Below, one piece after another: positions 53,240 to 63,710 of a stretch of DNA of 64,000 nucleotides. The DNA is taken from assembly GCA_965248825.1 (NCBI GenBank), contig CBDFKL010000006.1, positions 705,255 to 769,254 on the forward strand. The letters run 5' to 3'. The notes beneath the pieces are model-generated. The model was not told the DNA's origin and ran no database searches. It saw only the letters and a program-made list of their open reading frames with translations. Within the stretch, counting starts at the first letter, position 1; each line of letters opens with the position of its first letter. The stretch is from Alphaproteobacteria bacterium. GTDB taxonomy: Bacteria > Pseudomonadota > Alphaproteobacteria > UBA828. Both the position numbers and the translations under genes were made by a program.

Positions 53240-53947
53240 TTAGCCGCCGAGATACACTTTGCGAACGTGCTCGTCGTTGTGAATTTTGTGCGCGTCGCCT
53301 TCGAGAGCGATACGACCGGTCTCCAGCACGTAGGCGTAGCGCGCGAGCTTGAGCGCCAGTTCGGCGTTCTGCTCGACCAGCACCACCGGGACGCCCCGCG
53401 CGTTGATGTCGATAATGATACTGGCGATCTCCTGAACCATCACCGGCGAGAGGCCGAGGGAAGGCTCGTCGAGCAACAGCAGTTTCGGCCGCGCCATGAG
53501 CGCGCGGCCGATCGCCAACATCTGCTGCTCGCCGCCCGAGAGCGTCTTGCCGTATTGGGAGCGCCGTTCCTTGAGGCGCGGGAAGCGCGCATACACGTTT
53601 TCGAGATCGCGCTTGATCCCGTCCTTGTCTCGCCTGAGGAAGGCGCCCGTGTAGAGGTTCTCGTAAACCGTGAGCTCGGGGAAGACGTGCCGGCCCTCGG
53701 GGACGTGAGCGATGCCGAGCTTGACGACCTTGTCGGGCGGCAAGGAGTCGATACGCTCGCCTTCGAACCAGATCTCGCCGGCGCTTGCCCGGACCAGACC
53801 CGAGACCGCGCGCAAGGTCGTGCTCTTGCCCGCGCCATTGGCCCCGATCAGGGTCACGATGTCGCCTTGGTCGACCTCCATCGAAACCTTGTGCAGCGCC
53901 GTCACCTTGTTGTAGTGGACGGTCAGCGATTTGATCTGAAACAGCAT
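53240..53947 (-). CDS. ABC transporter ATP-binding protein (LivF family)
   Basis: Walker A (GANGAGKST), signature (LSGGEQQMLAIGRAL) and Walker B (LLLDEPS) are present. It is adjacent to the livG-like stop (TGAATG). Confidence 0.9.
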   Translation of the reverse strand: MLFQIKSLTVHYNKVTALHKVSMEVDQGDIVTLIGANGAGKSTTLRAVSGLVRASAGEIWFEGERIDSLPPDKVVKLGIAHVPEGRHVFPELTVYENLYTGAFLRRDKDGIKRDLENVYARFPRLKERRSQYGKTLSGGEQQMLAIGRALMARPKLLLLDEPSLGLSPVMVQEIASIIIDINARGVPVVLVEQNAELALKLARYAYVLETGRIALEGDAHKIHNDEHVRKVYLGG

Positions 53948-54700
53948 TCAGGCGGTCCCCAGATACGCTTCGATAACCGCCGGATTGGCCCGAATCTCGT
54001 CCGGCGTCCCCTGCGCGAGCAGCTCGCCGAAGCTCAACACGGTGATCCGTTCGCACAGGCCCATGACCGCCTGCATGTCGTGCTCGACCAGGAGAATGGT
54101 CACGCCCTGGTCGCGCACGCGCTCGACGAGCGCCATCATCTGGCGCGTTTCCTCCGGGTTCATCCCGGTGAACGGCTCGTCCAGCAGCATCAGCGTGGGC
54201 TCGGCCGCAAGCGCGACGGCAATGCCCAGAGCCCGTTGATGACCGTGGGGCAGGTTGACCGTCATCTCATCGCGCCGCTCCGCGAGGCCCATGAACTCGA
54301 GGATCGTCATGGCCCGCGTCTCCGTGATTCTCTCGACGCGCCGCTTGGTTCCGAACAGCGCGCTCATCGGCCCGACTCTGGATTGAAGGTGACAACCGAC
54401 CAACACGTTCTCGAAGACGGAAAGCTCCTGGAACAGCGTCGTCGCTTGAAAGGTGCGAACCACGCCACGCGCGGCGATCCGGCTCGGGCGCAAACCCGAG
54501 ATCTTGCGTCCGCCGAACAGGACCTCGCCCGAACTCGGTCCGTAGAAGCCGCTGATGACGTTGAACGTCGTGGTCTTGCCCGCGCCGTTAGGACCGATCA
54601 GCCCGTGTATCTTTCCTTCGTCGACCGCGAAGGAGAGATTGTGCACGGCGGCGAGGCCGCCGAAATTCCGACACAGGTCACGAACCTCGAGCAAACTCAT
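53948..54700 (-). CDS. ABC transporter ATP-binding protein (LivG family)
   Basis: Walker A (GPNGAGKTT), signature (LPHGHQRALGIAVAL) and Walker B (LMLLDEP) are present. Confidence 0.9.
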   Translation of the reverse strand: MSLLEVRDLCRNFGGLAAVHNLSFAVDEGKIHGLIGPNGAGKTTTFNVISGFYGPSSGEVLFGGRKISGLRPSRIAARGVVRTFQATTLFQELSVFENVLVGCHLQSRVGPMSALFGTKRRVERITETRAMTILEFMGLAERRDEMTVNLPHGHQRALGIAVALAAEPTLMLLDEPFTGMNPEETRQMMALVERVRDQGVTILLVEHDMQAVMGLCERITVLSFGELLAQGTPDEIRANPAVIEAYLGTA

Positions 54701-54839
54701 CGACTATGCCATCGTCGTGCCGCCAGGTTGCGCCGCCGAGGGAATCCTAAACAGGCGCCGCCCTTCGCACCATAGCGGATAAGCCCCCAGACGACGCCGC
54801 TCAATGCCGGGCGCTCGCGACAGAGTGACGACCCGTCGG

Positions 54840-56048
54840 TCAGCGGCGCGCGGCGGCATCCAGAGAGCGCGCCAGATCGGCGCGGAGGTCGGCCTCCGCT
54901 TCGAGCCCGACCGAGAGGCGTACCAGGCCGTCCCCGATCCCGAGGGCGGCACGGGTCTCGGGCGCGATCCGTTGATGCGTGGTGCTCGCCGGATGGGTGG
55001 CGAGGCTCTTGGCATCGCCCAGATTGTTCGAGATATCGATCAGCGTGAGCGAGTCGAGCAGGCGGAACGCCGCCTCCCGGCCGCCCGCGACCTCGAACGC
55101 GACGACGCTGCCACCCCGGCTCATCTGTTTCGCGGCGAGCGCATGCTGGGGGTGGCTCTCCAGGCCCGGATAGAACGCGGCGTCGACGGCCGGGTGACTT
55201 TCGATGAATGCGGCCAGCCGCAGCGCCGTCTCGCACATGCGTGAGGTGCGGAGTTCGAGCGTCTCGAGCCCCTTGAGCATGACCCAGGCATTGAACGGGC
55301 TCATGGTCGGCCCGGTGGTGCGCACGAACGGGATCAACTCGCCCGTGACAAAGGCGTCCTCGCCCAGGATGGCGCCACCCAGACAGCGGCCCTGGCCGTC
55401 GATATGCTTGGTCGTCGAGTAGATCACGATGTCGGCGCCGAGGGCGAGCGGGCGCTGCGAGATCGGCATGCCGAGCACATTGTCGACGATGACCCGCGCG
55501 CCGACCGCGTGCGCGAGCGCCGAAACCGCGGCGATATCGACGATCGCCATCGTCGGGTTGCCGGGGCTTTCGAGGAAGACGCAGCGCGTCTCGGGCCTCA
55601 GGGCACGTCCCCAGGCGTCGAGATCCGTGCCGTCGATCAGATCGGTCTCGATTCCGTAGCGCGGCAACAGCTCGTCGATCATCACGTGGCACGCCCCGAA
55701 CATGACCTGCGAGGCGACGACGTGATCGCCGGCGCGCAACTGCGACATGAGCGCCGCGAACACCGCGGCCATGCCGGTCGCGGTCGCCTGACACGCCTCC
55801 GCGCCCTCGATCAGCGCGAGCCGGTCCTCGAACATCGTGACTGTCGGGTTGCCGAAGCGGCCGTAGACATAACCTTCCGCCTCACCCGCCGTGCGCGCTT
55901 CACCCTGCGCCGCGGTGTCGTAAACGAAGCCCGAGGTCAGATAGAGCGCCTCGCTCGTCTCGCCGTGGCCCGAGCGCCGGCTCCCGCCCCGCACGAGCTG
56001 CGTGTCGCGCGCCCAGACCCCCGCGCTTTCACCTTCCTTCCGCCCCAT
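54840..56048 (-). CDS. metZ: O-succinylhomoserine sulfhydrylase (Cys/Met-metabolism PLP enzyme)
   Basis: The PLP fold carries the lysine motif YSTTKHIDGQG. The N-terminus (TQLVRGG…GETSEALYLTSGFVYDT) is typical of alphaproteobacterial MetZ. Start taken at the first ATG (MGRKEG). Confidence 0.8.
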   Translation of the reverse strand: MGRKEGESAGVWARDTQLVRGGSRRSGHGETSEALYLTSGFVYDTAAQGEARTAGEAEGYVYGRFGNPTVTMFEDRLALIEGAEACQATATGMAAVFAALMSQLRAGDHVVASQVMFGACHVMIDELLPRYGIETDLIDGTDLDAWGRALRPETRCVFLESPGNPTMAIVDIAAVSALAHAVGARVIVDNVLGMPISQRPLALGADIVIYSTTKHIDGQGRCLGGAILGEDAFVTGELIPFVRTTGPTMSPFNAWVMLKGLETLELRTSRMCETALRLAAFIESHPAVDAAFYPGLESHPQHALAAKQMSRGGSVVAFEVAGGREAAFRLLDSLTLIDISNNLGDAKSLATHPASTTHQRIAPETRAALGIGDGLVRLSVGLEAEADLRADLARSLDAAARR

Positions 56049-56052
56049 ACGC

Positions 56053-56078
56053 AAAAACCCCGGCCGCCCGGGCCGGGG
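56053..56078 (-). terminator. intrinsic-terminator-like hairpin (8-bp all-GC stem CCCCGGCC/GGCCGGGG, 5-nt loop) followed by U5, ending 4 nt before the metZ ATG
   Basis: Read directly on the minus strand as ccccggcc-cgggc-ggccgggg-uuuuu-gcgu-AUG. It lies 190 nt downstream of the frmA stop. Confidence 0.6.
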
Positions 56079-56268
56079 TTCCTCTCCTCGACCTTTTAGC
56101 GTGCTTCTTTAACGTGGCCGCAAGCCGGTCGCTCAAATCACCACGTCGACCGTGTAGAGATCACGGGACAGGGCACGCGTCAAGCGTCTCGACGCTCGGG
56201 TTCCGCACCAGCCAAGCCCCACTGCATGGCGCGCCGTGGTGAGGCCGGCGGCGCGCGCCCGGGCGCCA
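56079..56268 (-). promoter_or_regulatory. ~190-nt noncoding leader between frmA and metZ; candidate SAM-responsive riboswitch/attenuator (aptamer region)
   Basis: I find no credible ORF here. The region contains GCUUGCGGCCACGUUAAAGAAGCACGCUAAAAGG just 5' of the terminator hairpin. metZ/metX genes in Alphaproteobacteria are commonly preceded by SAM-II riboswitches. Class assignment is not possible by eye. Confidence 0.3.
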
Positions 56269-57378
<1,110 letters not shown>

Positions 57379-57550
57379 TGCGTCCTCCCTCCATTGACCC
57401 CGACAGGCGGCCACTCTCTCATCGGGTGCGGGTGCGGACAAGGCCCCGCGGAGCGGGGGCGGACGCCCTTGGCGGCTTGCCTCGATCGGCGCGCATCCCT
57501 AGCGTTGTCCGCGCCGATCGGCAGCGCCAAGCGACCACAGGGGAGAGACG

Positions 57551-58792
57551 ATGGCCCGGCAGAAGACGCTCGACACATTGCGCATCGGGATGATCGGAGC
57601 GGGCTTTATCGCCCGGTTCCATCTCGAATCCTTCACCGGCGTGCGCAATTGCGCGATCACCGGGGTCTACAGCCCGACCAGGGAAAGCCGCAATGCGCTG
57701 GCGAAGCGGGCCAACGAGCTTGGGCTCGGGCCATGCACCGCCCATCCCTCGCTCAACGCGCTGATCAAGGCGAAAAACATCGACGCGCTCTGGATTCTCT
57801 CGCCCAACTATGTCCGCGTCGAGACCATGAAGGCGATCCATAAGGCGGTGAAGGGCGGCAAGAAACTTCGCGGCATCGCCTGCGAGAAGCCGCTCGCGCG
57901 CAATCTCGCGGAAGCCCGCGCCATGGTGTCGCTCGCCAAGGACGCCAAGCTTGCCACCGGTTATCTCGAAAATCAGGTGTTCTCGACGGCGGTGCAGCGC
58001 GGCAAGGAGATCATCTGGCGCCGCGCCGTACCGCTCACCGGCCGCCCCTATCTCGCGCGTGCGGCGGAAGAGCATTCCGGCCCGCACATGCCCTGGTTCT
58101 GGCAGGGCGAGAAGCAAGGAGGCGGCGTGCTCTCGGACATGATGTGCCATTCGGTCGAGGTCGCCCGCCATATGCTGACCGCACCGGGTGAGCAGCGCGA
58201 CGCTCTCAAAGTAAAGAGCGCCAATGCGAGCATCGCGCACCTCAAATGGACCCGGCCCGACTATGTTCGCCGGCTCAAGCGGACCATGGGCCGCGAGGTC
58301 GACTATGGCCGCAGACCGGCCGAAGATTTCGCCCGCGGCACGCTGGTGCTGACGGACCCGGACGGCAACGACGCGATGATCGAGACCACCACCTCCTGGG
58401 CCTATGTCGGCGCCGGGCTGCGCATCCAGCTCGAGCTCCTGGGCCCCGAATATTCGATGGAATTCTCCTCCCTCAACACCGGCCTCAAGGTGTTCATCTC
58501 GCGCGCGGTGAAGGGAACCGCCGGCGAGGATCTGGTGGAGAAGCAGAACGCCGAGCAAGGCCTGATGCCGGCGCTGGAGGACGAGGCCGGGGTCTACGGC
58601 TACACCAACGAGAACCGCCATATGGTCGAGTGCTTCCGCACCGGCACGACACCGATCGAGACCTTCCGCGACGGTTTTGCCGTGACCGAGATCCTGATGG
58701 CGCTCTACCGCTCCGCCGAGCTCGGCCGCACCGTGCATCTCGGGGAGGAGGAGCTCGACGACTATATCCCGCCGGTGGCGCGCACGGGCTGA
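57551..58792 (+). CDS. Gfo/Idh/MocA-family NAD(P)-dependent oxidoreductase
   Basis: The N-terminal Rossmann motif is IGMIGAGFIARFH and the EKP motif is CEKPLA. The C-terminal alpha/beta domain follows. Confidence 0.85.
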   Translation: MARQKTLDTLRIGMIGAGFIARFHLESFTGVRNCAITGVYSPTRESRNALAKRANELGLGPCTAHPSLNALIKAKNIDALWILSPNYVRVETMKAIHKAVKGGKKLRGIACEKPLARNLAEARAMVSLAKDAKLATGYLENQVFSTAVQRGKEIIWRRAVPLTGRPYLARAAEEHSGPHMPWFWQGEKQGGGVLSDMMCHSVEVARHMLTAPGEQRDALKVKSANASIAHLKWTRPDYVRRLKRTMGREVDYGRRPAEDFARGTLVLTDPDGNDAMIETTTSWAYVGAGLRIQLELLGPEYSMEFSSLNTGLKVFISRAVKGTAGEDLVEKQNAEQGLMPALEDEAGVYGYTNENRHMVECFRTGTTPIETFRDGFAVTEILMALYRSAELGRTVHLGEEELDDYIPPVARTG

Positions 58793-58893
58793 GTCTCGCG
58801 AGACCGCAGCCCACAAGCCACTAAAACCGGACAACCACACCGCCTCCACCCTTGCCCCTTCCTGATTTGGTCGGAGACGACTAGGCTGGCGCC

Positions 58894-60270
58894 ATGGCAC
58901 GCGATTGGGAAGAACTCGAGCGCTGGGACCGGGCCTATTACCTGCACGGCTTGCAGGCCGAGAGCGAGCACGCCTTCACGGGGGTCGACAGCACCGACGG
59001 CAACTACATCGTCCTGGCCGACGGCACGCGGCTGCTCGATTTCATGAGCCAGCTCATCTCCGACAATATGGGGCATCGCCATCCCGCCATCCACGGCGCG
59101 CTCGCCGAGGCCATGGAACGCTACGGCCATGTGACCTACACCCTGGCGAACGAATACCGCGCGCGGGCGGCCAAGCTCGTGATCGCCGATGTCCTCGGAC
59201 GGGAGGCGTGGGCCGGCCGGTTGCGCATCCTGCCCTCGGGCACGGAGGCGGTGGAAAGCTGCATCATGATGGCGCGGCTTTATACCGGGCGCAGCGTGAT
59301 CCTGACGCAGGCACATTCCTTCCACGGAATGACCGTCGGCTCGACGATGATGCGCGGCTACCGCAACAACATCTCGACCGATGACGGGTTCGCGGGCGTC
59401 GCCGACGTCCCGGGCTTCCCGCCGCACGGCTACATCCCGATCCCGCCGCCCGAACACGAAGACTGGTCGGGCTCCGGTCCGCTCCCCTCCCTGGAAGCGA
59501 CCGAACAGATCGTTCGCGCGCTCGGAGCCGAGAATATTGCCGCCGTGATCAGTGAGCCGATGCTGGGCGCCGGCGGCACCTTTCCCCATGCAGACTACAT
59601 GCCCGGCCTGCGCGCGCTCTGCGACCGATACGGTTTCCTGTGGATCGACGACGAGGTGATCACCGGTTTCGGCAGACTCGGCGAATGGTTCGGCTACATG
59701 CATTGGCCGGAGGTGAAGCCCGACTTGCTTGCGGCAGGCAAGGGCATCAATGGCTCCGCCCTGCCGGTCGGCGCCGTGATCGCGAGCGCGGACATCGCCG
59801 ACTTCTTCGAGAAGGCGCGCTGGTGGAGCGGCAGCACCTGGGACGGCCATCCGCTCATCTGCGCGACCATCGTCGGAAATCTCGAATACATGCTCGCGCA
59901 TGACATCATGCAGCAGGTCCGCCAACGGGGCGCCTACCTCAAAGACCGCCTCGACGGATTGAAAGAGAGGCATGCATGCGTCGGGCGAGTGTCCGGGCGG
60001 GGGCTCTTCTACACGGTCGATCTGGTCGACAGGAACGGCGAGCCGATCGTGCCCGAAGACCGCAATTCGGCCTTCACTGGAGATCTCAGCGCCTACCCGC
60101 ACGCGATCGTCGCGGCGGAAAACGCGAAGCGCGGCGTTTTCCTCGGCGGCTTCACGCCGAACACGATCAAGGTCGGCCCGCCCTTCACGATCACCCAGGA
60201 AGAGATCGACACGGCCGTCGATTCCCTCGACGCAGCGCTCGCAGTCGTCGATTCCCGCTTCACCCGCTGA
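58894..60270 (+). CDS. class III (omega) PLP-dependent aminotransferase
   Basis: The AT-III pattern is present: …LISDNMGHRHPAI…DEVITGFGRLGEWFG… The lysine region AAGKGINGSALP follows. Confidence 0.85.
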   Translation: MARDWEELERWDRAYYLHGLQAESEHAFTGVDSTDGNYIVLADGTRLLDFMSQLISDNMGHRHPAIHGALAEAMERYGHVTYTLANEYRARAAKLVIADVLGREAWAGRLRILPSGTEAVESCIMMARLYTGRSVILTQAHSFHGMTVGSTMMRGYRNNISTDDGFAGVADVPGFPPHGYIPIPPPEHEDWSGSGPLPSLEATEQIVRALGAENIAAVISEPMLGAGGTFPHADYMPGLRALCDRYGFLWIDDEVITGFGRLGEWFGYMHWPEVKPDLLAAGKGINGSALPVGAVIASADIADFFEKARWWSGSTWDGHPLICATIVGNLEYMLAHDIMQQVRQRGAYLKDRLDGLKERHACVGRVSGRGLFYTVDLVDRNGEPIVPEDRNSAFTGDLSAYPHAIVAAENAKRGVFLGGFTPNTIKVGPPFTITQEEIDTAVDSLDAALAVVDSRFTR

Positions 60271-60305
60271 GTGGCTTACGGCGGCGCGTGGGCCGCCGCG
60301 GGCGT

Positions 60306-61454
60306 CTATCCATCGATCCCGACCATGGTCTCGGCGATCAGCGCATCGACGACCGCGCGGCCGGCCTCAACCGGGTCGGCGCCGCGTTCGCGCGCCGCTT
60401 CCCAGGTGGTCCTCTGGCGGTGCGCACTGGTGCCATTTCGGGCGATGTCTCGCGCATGTTCAACCGCCCGCCGACTACCCAGCTTCTCTACGTCCGCGCC
60501 GATCATTTCGATGAGCTCATCAATCAGATGGTCCATCGGCTTGACCGCACCGACGCCAAAATCGATCAAGCCCTTATCAATCCCGTAGCGCATGGCGCGC
60601 CATCGGTTCTCCGCAATCAACGCACTCGGGTAGAGCCGGAACTGCTGATTTTCGACGCGCAAGCGCGACAACATGCACGAGATCGCTTGGACCAGGGCCG
60701 CGATGGTCACCGCGTCATCGAGTCGGGTGCAGACATCGGTAATCCGCGTTTCCAGGGTCGGAAAGCGCGCGCTCGGGCGGATGTCCCACCACAACTTGGA
60801 ACCGTCTTGAATCGAGCCGGTGGCGACCAAGGTCTGAACCATATCCGTGAATTCGTGCCAGTCCGCCAAGCGCGGCGGAATGCCGGACCGCGGCAGCCCG
60901 TCAGACACCGTCAAGCGATACGACATCAGGCCGGTGTCCTCCGCCTCCCAGAACGGCGACGAGGTCGACAGCGCCAGCAAATGCGGCAGGAAATAGGTCA
61001 TCTGGTTCATCAGATCGATGCGAAGCCGGTCATCACCGACGCCGATATGGACGTGCATGCCGCAGGTGAGCAACCGGCGGGCGGTCGCCTGATACTCATA
61101 TTCGATCAGATCGTACCGCTCCTTGGCCGTGCGCCGCAGATTGCGCCAACTACTGAAGGGGTGGATCGATGCGGCGATCACGCCCAGGCCGAAATCGTCC
61201 GCGATGTCGATCACGACACGCCGCAGCCTCATCAGATCGGCCCTGATTTCGTCGATGGATCGGCATATGGCGGTGCCGATTTCGATCTGGCTCTGCAGAA
61301 ATTCGGGTGAAACCTGAGCGCCCAGAACCTGCTCGCATTTGGTGAAGAGATTCGTGGGCGTCTCCGGCAACAACTCACGGGTCGCGCGATCGACCAGCAG
61401 ATATTCTTCCTCGACCCCGACGGTCAGTTCCGGCGGCTCGACGCGGCTGATCAT
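60306..61454 (-). CDS. YbdK-type carboxylate-amine ligase (glutamate-cysteine ligase family 2)
   Basis: The GCS2 N-terminus is TVGVEEEYLLVD and the internal motif is GMHVHIGV. Its ~380-aa length is typical. Confidence 0.85.
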   Translation of the reverse strand: MISRVEPPELTVGVEEEYLLVDRATRELLPETPTNLFTKCEQVLGAQVSPEFLQSQIEIGTAICRSIDEIRADLMRLRRVVIDIADDFGLGVIAASIHPFSSWRNLRRTAKERYDLIEYEYQATARRLLTCGMHVHIGVGDDRLRIDLMNQMTYFLPHLLALSTSSPFWEAEDTGLMSYRLTVSDGLPRSGIPPRLADWHEFTDMVQTLVATGSIQDGSKLWWDIRPSARFPTLETRITDVCTRLDDAVTIAALVQAISCMLSRLRVENQQFRLYPSALIAENRWRAMRYGIDKGLIDFGVGAVKPMDHLIDELIEMIGADVEKLGSRRAVEHARDIARNGTSAHRQRTTWEAARERGADPVEAGRAVVDALIAETMVGIDG

Positions 61455-61664
61455 GCAACGGATGCGACGTGATGCAGCGCCCGGCCGAAGCCGAGAGCGC
61501 CATAGGAATGGGGAATTGAGCGGCTGGCGTGATCGCAGATGATCAGCGCATCCGCGGCGCCCGCCGGATTGATCAGGTGGAACGGGACAACGACGTCGGT
61601 TTTCATACCGTGATCATAGCGAGCGGGCGCGGCTCTGCCAGAGTCGCTGGGTCGCAGTTTCCGC

Positions 61665-62495
61665 CTATTCGGCCGCGGCGTGCTGTTCGTCGGGCTCGCC
61701 GGCGCGGCTGCCGGGGATGCAGCCGCCGCAGACGGTAAGTTCCTGCGCCGTGATGTGGCGGCCTCGCTCGCTCGCGAGGAACACCGCCATGTCCGCGATG
61801 CTGTCGGTGGTCACCAGCGCACCGAGCATGTTGGCGCGCATATTCGTCGCGTAGAGCGACTCATAATCGGCGACGGCAGTCTCCGCCATGCTGCGGTGAG
61901 CGTCCTGCGCCATCTTGGTCTCGACCCAGCCGGGACAGATCGCATTAACCCGAACCCCGTCAACGCCGAGCTCGTCCGCCAGGCAGCGCATAAAGGCGAT
62001 GAGGCCGTTCTTGGTCATCGCGTAGGTGCCCCAGCCGGCGGCGAAGGAGCCGGCCGCGATCGAGGAGATGAAGATGACCGAAGCGCCCGCACCCGAAGCC
62101 CGGATCGCCGGCAGCGCCGCCTGAGTCACCAGATAGGGCGCCGTGAGGTTGGTCTCGACCATCGTGTCCCAGGTCGCGAGGTCCATCGCGGCCACGTCCT
62201 TGCGAACGAAGACCCCGGCGTTGTTGACCAGGATGTCGAGCCCGCCGAGCGCCGCGACGGCGGCCGAGCACATCGGCGCGATGGCCGTGCGGTCGCGCAG
62301 ATCGGCCGCGACGGCGAGCGCCCGCCCGCCGGCGGCCTCGATCGCCGCGACCGTCGGCGCGGCGCGCCCGGCGGTGCGGGCATGGACCGCGACCCGGGCA
62401 CCCTCGCGCGCGAAAGCCTGCGCGATCTCCGCGCCGATCCCGCTCGCGGCTCCGGTCACCAGGGCACGGCGGCCGTCGAGGGAGGTCTTCATCAT
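61665..62495 (-). CDS. SDR-family oxidoreductase
   Basis: TGAASGIGAEIA, NNAG and YAMTKNG motifs are present. A GGAGAG ribosome-binding site precedes the ATGATG at 62495. Confidence 0.85.
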   Translation of the reverse strand: MMKTSLDGRRALVTGAASGIGAEIAQAFAREGARVAVHARTAGRAAPTVAAIEAAGGRALAVAADLRDRTAIAPMCSAAVAALGGLDILVNNAGVFVRKDVAAMDLATWDTMVETNLTAPYLVTQAALPAIRASGAGASVIFISSIAAGSFAAGWGTYAMTKNGLIAFMRCLADELGVDGVRVNAICPGWVETKMAQDAHRSMAETAVADYESLYATNMRANMLGALVTTDSIADMAVFLASERGRHITAQELTVCGGCIPGSRAGEPDEQHAAAE

Positions 62496-62563
62496 GCTCT
62501 CCGTGCAACGCCTTCGGTTCGCGCTATCATGCCCGAAATCATTGGCGGTGAGGGCCATTCCAT

Positions 62564-63586
62564 ATGGCGAACGAGACTCCTTTTCAAATCAGGGAGGGCA
62601 TGCACGCGCCGGCGGTGCGGCATGCCTCGCGCGAGGAGGTGCCGGTCGTCGATTTCGGCGCCCTCTTCTCGCCGAGTCTGGCGGAGCGGAAGACCCTGGC
62701 GGATGCGATTCGCAAGGCCTGCGCAGGCCCCGGGTTCTTCTACATCGTCAATCACCAGTTCCCGCACTCGGTGATCACGCGCGCTCAGGCCGCGATGAAG
62801 CGGTTTTTCGCGCTGCCGGTCGAGCGGAAGATGCGCAACCACTACCTGGACTGGCCCAATCACCGGGGCTATGTGCCGGTCAACGGCATCACCGCCGACC
62901 ACAGCCTCGAAGGCTCCAGCGATATCTCCGAGGCCATCGAGATGGCGCATGATTTGCCGGCGGACGATCCCGATCATCTGCGCGGCATTCGCTTCTACGG
63001 CCCCAACAACTGGCCCGCCGAGCCGCCCGATTTCCGCTGGGCGCTGGGCACCTATTTCGATTGCCAGCTCGAGCTCGGCCGCCAGATCTTTCGCGCCTTC
63101 GAATATGCGCTCGAGCTGCCGGAGGGCTACTTCACCTCGAAATACACCAAGCCTCTCGCACGGCTCAGGGTTTGCTACTACGAGCCGCAGCCAGAGCCGC
63201 TCGACATCGCCCATATCGGGCTCGGCGCGCACACCGATTATGAGTGTTTCACCACGGTGTGGCAGGACCGAGAAGGCCTGCAGATGCTGAGCCGCGACGG
63301 CGAATGGCTGATCCTGCCCCCGATAGAAGGTAGCTTCGCCGTCAATCTGGGCGACCTCATGCAGCAATGGACCAACGACAGGTTCGTCTCGACCATGCAT
63401 CGGGTCGTCAACACATCGGGGGCCAAGCGCTATTCGCTCGTGCAGTTCTTCGGCGTCGACTACGACGTGGAGGTCGAGGCGATCCCGAGCTGCGTCGGCC
63501 CGGACAAGCCATGGAGATACAAGCCGATCAAGGCAGGCGATCACTCCGAGCAGATGGTCGCCCGCACCTATCGCTACGACGAATAG
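62564..63586 (+). CDS. 2-oxoglutarate/Fe(II)-dependent oxygenase (isopenicillin-N-synthase-like)
   Basis: An N-terminal DIOX_N-like region (VPVVDFGAL…) is present. The HxD…H facial triad is HTDYECFT…H(MHRV). It also has the RYSLVQF 2OG-binding motif. Confidence 0.85.
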   Translation: MANETPFQIREGMHAPAVRHASREEVPVVDFGALFSPSLAERKTLADAIRKACAGPGFFYIVNHQFPHSVITRAQAAMKRFFALPVERKMRNHYLDWPNHRGYVPVNGITADHSLEGSSDISEAIEMAHDLPADDPDHLRGIRFYGPNNWPAEPPDFRWALGTYFDCQLELGRQIFRAFEYALELPEGYFTSKYTKPLARLRVCYYEPQPEPLDIAHIGLGAHTDYECFTTVWQDREGLQMLSRDGEWLILPPIEGSFAVNLGDLMQQWTNDRFVSTMHRVVNTSGAKRYSLVQFFGVDYDVEVEAIPSCVGPDKPWRYKPIKAGDHSEQMVARTYRYDE

Positions 63587-63710
63587 CGAGCTTGCGCGCC
63601 GTCCGATCGGGCACCGCCGTCATAGATCCATCCCGGCGTTGCGCAGCCCGCTTTGAGCGGGCGAACCACCGCGCGGCCTGCCCGCGAGCGGGCACCGCCG
63701 CAGTCGACGC

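Noticed and set aside
53214-54056. Upstream 281 codons of the 517-aa minus ORF 52503..54056
   Set aside because: It overlaps the livF-like ABC ATPase (Walker A/B present in the other frame). The translation is an Arg/Gly-rich shifted frame.
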